Assembly: GCA_042216675.1 (NCBI GenBank)
Contig: JBDGTS010000031.1
Span: 1-11,760, forward strand
DNA: 11,760 bases
Reading direction: 5' to 3'
DNA from: Halobacteriaceae archaeon
Lineage (GTDB): Archaea > Halobacteriota > Halobacteria > Halobacteriales > Halobacteriaceae
In this document: positions 7,425-11,760 of the stretch, piece by piece
Layout: every line of letters starts with the position of its first letter
Numbering within the stretch: position 1 is the stretch's first letter
The notes under the pieces: generated by a model
What the model was told of the DNA's origin: nothing
What the model saw: the letters and a program-made list of their open reading frames with translations, nothing else
The model's database searches: none
Program-made: the position numbers and the translations under genes

Positions 7425-10205
7425 ATGGCTCTCGGCGACACGCGCCGTACGTTGTTCGAGTGGTACGACAAGTACGTCGGCGAGGCCGCGTCCCGCCGGG
7501 AGGTGTACGGCTACTGGACGTTCGTGCTGGGCTACGTCGTCGGCATCTCCGGTGTCCTCGTCTACCTGCTCGGACCGGGGGCGCCGGACAGTCCGCTGTT
7601 CCTGCAGATACGCGAGGTGGCCATCGTCCTCTCGGCGCTGGGCCTCTCGCTCGCGATGCTCGGCATCGCGTTCCAGTTGCCGGTGAGCAGGCTCGGGGTG
7701 AGGGCCGCCTCGGCGGGGGCCGTGATAGCCGTCGCGGGCGTCGGCTGGTTCGTCACCGTCTACCCGAACAACTGGCTCGGGCCGTCGAGCCCCCAGCGAA
7801 CAGTCATCGCCGTCTACGTCGCTGGCGTCGGCCTGATGGCCGGGGTGGCCGTGCTGGTGCCCGTCCTGACAGGGGAGCGCTCGCTGTTCTCGGACCGCGA
7901 CGCCGACCACGCAATCATCGCGGGGGAGGCCGACCGCGGTGGCCTGTTCGCCGTCTACCGGCAGAGTCCCGCGGACTGGCGCTGGCGACTGCTCGAACAG
8001 GAGGCCGTCGCGGACGGCGTCGAGGGCTTCGCGTCCCGGCCGGACGCCGAGGGCGCCGTCGACGTGATGCGCTCGAAGGTGTCCGAGGCGGGCCTGCTCG
8101 AAATCAACACGGCCGCGTTCCGCCTCTATGGCGGCGACGACACGTGGCGCTGGGACCTGCTGACGGAGGGCGGCGACACGTTGGCGACGGGCGCAGAGCG
8201 GTTCGACGACCGGGACGCGGCCGAGGAGGCGGTCAGCGTCCTGAAAGAAGACGGTCCCGACGCCGCTCTCCTCACTATCGACGGGGCGGCGTTTCAGGTC
8301 CAACGTGAGGGAACCCGCTGGCGCTGGCGACTCGTCGGTGAGGGCCGCGAACCGCTTGCGCTCGCGCCCGACACCGCCGACTCGCGGGACGCGGGCTTCG
8401 ACGCCACCGACGCCGTGCGCGACGCGGCGGGCGCGGCGGACGTCCTCGCTCTCGAACACGTCGGCTTCGAGGTCCGCGAGACGGACGCCGGCTACACGTG
8501 GCGCATCGTGGACCGGGCGGGCGCCGAACTCGGCGCCGCCACGGCGACGACGGACGACCGAGCGGCGACGCGGGCCCGCATCGACGACGTGCGCGAGTCC
8601 GCGGCCGACGCGCCCGTCTTTGCCGACCCGGACCCGCACTTCGAACTCGTGGCTGACGAGGACTGGCACTGGCGCTTCGACAGCGAGGGGCGCGTCGTCG
8701 CCACCGACGCCGGCGCCCACGACTCGCGGGCCGACGCCGAGGACACCATCGAGACGATTCAATCCGCTGCGGACGACGCCGACGTCGTCGAGGGCACCGC
8801 GACGGCCGTCGAACTGTACCGGGACGACGGGTGGCGCTGGCGCCTCGTCGCGCCCGACCGGACGGTCATCCAGCGCGGGACCGCGGCCCACGATTCGCGC
8901 GCCGACGCGGAGGACGCGGCCGAACGCGCCGCCGAGGTGGCGAGCGCGGCCGAACTCGTGGAGTTCGAGGAGGCGGCGTTCCAACTGTACGAGGCCGCGG
9001 GCGGCGACTGGCGCTGGCGCCTCGTCGAGGAGGGCGGCGAACTGCTCGCGGACTCCGGCGAGGACTACGAGACGCGGGAGGCCGCCGCGTCGGGGATGAC
9101 CGTCCTGAAGGAGAACGCGCCCGACGCGGACCTCCTCGAAATCGACGACGCCGCCATCGAGTTGTTCCGCGAGGACGGCGAGTGGGGGTGGCGCGTCGTG
9201 GACGAGACGGGCGAAACGGTCGCGGAGGGGCCGCCCCGCCACGAGTCGAAGGCCGCGGCGAAGTCGGCGGCTGAGGAGATGCGCGAGTCGTTCCCGGCCG
9301 CGCGCACCGACCGGGTCGGTCGCGGCGCGTTTCAGGTGTACGAGCGCACCGACGACGGCGCGGAGTGGCACTGGCGAGTCATCGCGGCCGATGGGCGGGT
9401 CCTCGCGGCCGCCGCAGAGGGCGAGACGACTCGGGACCGCGCCGTCGCCGCCATCGAGTCGTTCCGCGACGAGGCGCCCGCCGCGTCGTCGGCCGTCGTG
9501 GAGACGTTCGCGTTCGTCCTCGGCCGCGCGGACGGCGGGTGGACGTGGCGCCTCGTGGACCTGGGCCGCGAGGCCGTCGCCACGGGCGCCGCCGCGCCGG
9601 ACCGGAACACCGCCCGCGAGACTGTCGACGAAATCCGCGCGGACGCCGCCGACGCGGACGTGTTCGAGCTCACGGACCCCGTGTTCAGCGTGGCGCCCGC
9701 GGACGACGGGTGGACGTGGACGCTCGTGGACGCCGACTGGACGACGCTCGCCGAGGCGCCCGAGGCGTGGCCCGACCGAACGGCAGCCACGGATGCGGCA
9801 GAACGCGTCGGCGACCTCGCGCCCGACGCCGGCGAACTCTCCTACGAGGACGCCGCCTTCGAACTGTTCGAGGACGAGGACGGGTGGCGCTGGCGCTTCA
9901 TCGACGAGTCCGAACGGGAACTGGCGGAGAGCCCCGTCCGCTACCCGGACCGCGAGGCCGCACGCGCCACGGTGGACCGCCTGCGCGGCGTCGTCCCCGA
10001 AGCGAGCGTCCTCGAAATCGAGACGGCCTCCTTCGAACTGTACGAGGCCGCTGACGCCAGCGGCTGGAAATTCCGCCTCGTGGACCGCGACGGCGACACC
10101 GTCGCGCGGAGCGTCCGCACCTACGACACCCGCGCCGACGCCCGGGACGGGATGGGCACGCTGAAAGAACGCGCCCCGGAGGCCGGCGTCGTCGTCGCCG
10201 GGTAG
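7425..10205 (+). CDS. Membrane-anchored protein with about 4 N-terminal TM helices and 13 tandem DUF1508/YegP-like repeats
   Basis: Four hydrophobic segments in the first ~150 aa, then 13 units of ~56-61 aa with consensus F.lye..dgWrWRlvd..g..la.....y..r..A..a...l...apdA. ATG 7425 is preceded by CTTTTTGT (7391-7398). Confidence 0.85.
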   Translation: MALGDTRRTLFEWYDKYVGEAASRREVYGYWTFVLGYVVGISGVLVYLLGPGAPDSPLFLQIREVAIVLSALGLSLAMLGIAFQLPVSRLGVRAASAGAVIAVAGVGWFVTVYPNNWLGPSSPQRTVIAVYVAGVGLMAGVAVLVPVLTGERSLFSDRDADHAIIAGEADRGGLFAVYRQSPADWRWRLLEQEAVADGVEGFASRPDAEGAVDVMRSKVSEAGLLEINTAAFRLYGGDDTWRWDLLTEGGDTLATGAERFDDRDAAEEAVSVLKEDGPDAALLTIDGAAFQVQREGTRWRWRLVGEGREPLALAPDTADSRDAGFDATDAVRDAAGAADVLALEHVGFEVRETDAGYTWRIVDRAGAELGAATATTDDRAATRARIDDVRESAADAPVFADPDPHFELVADEDWHWRFDSEGRVVATDAGAHDSRADAEDTIETIQSAADDADVVEGTATAVELYRDDGWRWRLVAPDRTVIQRGTAAHDSRADAEDAAERAAEVASAAELVEFEEAAFQLYEAAGGDWRWRLVEEGGELLADSGEDYETREAAASGMTVLKENAPDADLLEIDDAAIELFREDGEWGWRVVDETGETVAEGPPRHESKAAAKSAAEEMRESFPAARTDRVGRGAFQVYERTDDGAEWHWRVIAADGRVLAAAAEGETTRDRAVAAIESFRDEAPAASSAVVETFAFVLGRADGGWTWRLVDLGREAVATGAAAPDRNTARETVDEIRADAADADVFELTDPVFSVAPADDGWTWTLVDADWTTLAEAPEAWPDRTAATDAAERVGDLAPDAGELSYEDAAFELFEDEDGWRWRFIDESERELAESPVRYPDREAARATVDRLRGVVPEASVLEIETASFELYEAADASGWKFRLVDRDGDTVARSVRTYDTRADARDGMGTLKERAPEAGVVVAG

Positions 10206-10244
10206 GGCGCGCCGCTTTTCACCCGCGCCGCCGAAGCGCGGTTC

Positions 10245-10988
10245 ATGACCGACGAGACGGTCCCCGAGGACCACCCCCGAGCGGCGTCGCTCCGCACCCG
10301 GCACCGACTCGAAGCAGGCGTCGAGGCCGGCATCACCTCCACGCAGGGCCTCATCGCGCAGGGCCGCGGCGAGGCCTTCGACTACCTGCTGGGCGAGCGA
10401 ACCATCGAGAGCGCCGACGCGGCCGAACGCGCCGCCGCGGCCCACCTCCTCCTCGCGGAGCATCCCGTCATCTCCGTGAACGGCAACGTCGCCGCACTCG
10501 TGCCCGACGAGGTTGTCGAACTCGCCGCGGTGGTGGACGCCGACGTCGAGGTCAACCTCTTCAACCGCACTCCCGAGCGGATGGAGGCCATCGCGGCTCA
10601 CCTTCGGGACCACGGCGCCGAGGACGTGAAGGGCCTCGCCGCTGACGCCCGGATTCCCGGCCTCTCCCACGAACGAGCGAAGGTGGACGAGGACGGCATC
10701 TACGACGCCGACGTGGTTCTCGTGCCCCTCGAAGACGGCGACAGGGCCGAAGCGCTCGGCGAGATGGGCAAGACCGAAATCGTCGTCGACCTCAATCCCC
10801 TCTCCCGGTCCCCACAGGTGGCGGCCGTGCCCATCGTGGACAACATCGTCCGCGCCCTGCCGAACGTCACGCGCCACGCCCGTGACCTGCGGGACGTCGA
10901 CTCCGAGGAACTGGAGGGAATCGTCGCCGCGTTCGACCGCGAGGCGACCCTCGCCGCCGCGGAGCGGGTGATGCGCGAGGGCATCTGA
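10245..10988 (+). CDS. pps: 4-phosphopantoate--beta-alanine ligase (phosphopantothenate synthetase)
   Basis: HPR..SL..R, GLIAQGRGEAFDYLLGE, PVISVNGN.AAL, EVNLF.RT.ER, ADVVLVPLEDGDR.EAL..MGK, DLNPLSR. Confidence 0.95.
   Translation: MTDETVPEDHPRAASLRTRHRLEAGVEAGITSTQGLIAQGRGEAFDYLLGERTIESADAAERAAAAHLLLAEHPVISVNGNVAALVPDEVVELAAVVDADVEVNLFNRTPERMEAIAAHLRDHGAEDVKGLAADARIPGLSHERAKVDEDGIYDADVVLVPLEDGDRAEALGEMGKTEIVVDLNPLSRSPQVAAVPIVDNIVRALPNVTRHARDLRDVDSEELEGIVAAFDREATLAAAERVMREGI

Positions 10989-11760
<772 letters not shown>

Overview
High-GC haloarchaeal (Halobacteria) chromosomal window with acidic proteins and mostly leaderless-type promoters. Gene order: ipp (5' part, -), RosR-type PadR regulator (+), rnhA-operon hypothetical (-), rnhA (-), tfb (+), group I GGGP synthase/PcrB (+), Bat-like HTH regulator (+), aspS (+), a ~300-bp structured repeat tract, a stand-alone Lrp/AsnC ligand-binding protein (+), pantoate kinase (+), a 926-aa membrane-anchored protein with 13 DUF1508/YegP-like repeats (+), phosphopantothenate synthetase (+) and Cys-type thi4 (5' part, +). 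The most unusual feature is the tract after aspS (5840-6171). It holds three extra copies of the aspS 3' end ([11 protein letters not shown]; the last is partial) that differ from the gene only at synonymous positions, including a TCG/AGC serine switch. Each extra copy is preceded by a perfect 8-bp-stem/3-nt-loop hairpin, and each sequence variant is followed by its own complementary arm. This looks like the scar of repeated replacement of the end of an essential gene by a small, non-autonomous hairpin element. That mechanism is inferred: no recombinase is encoded in the window.
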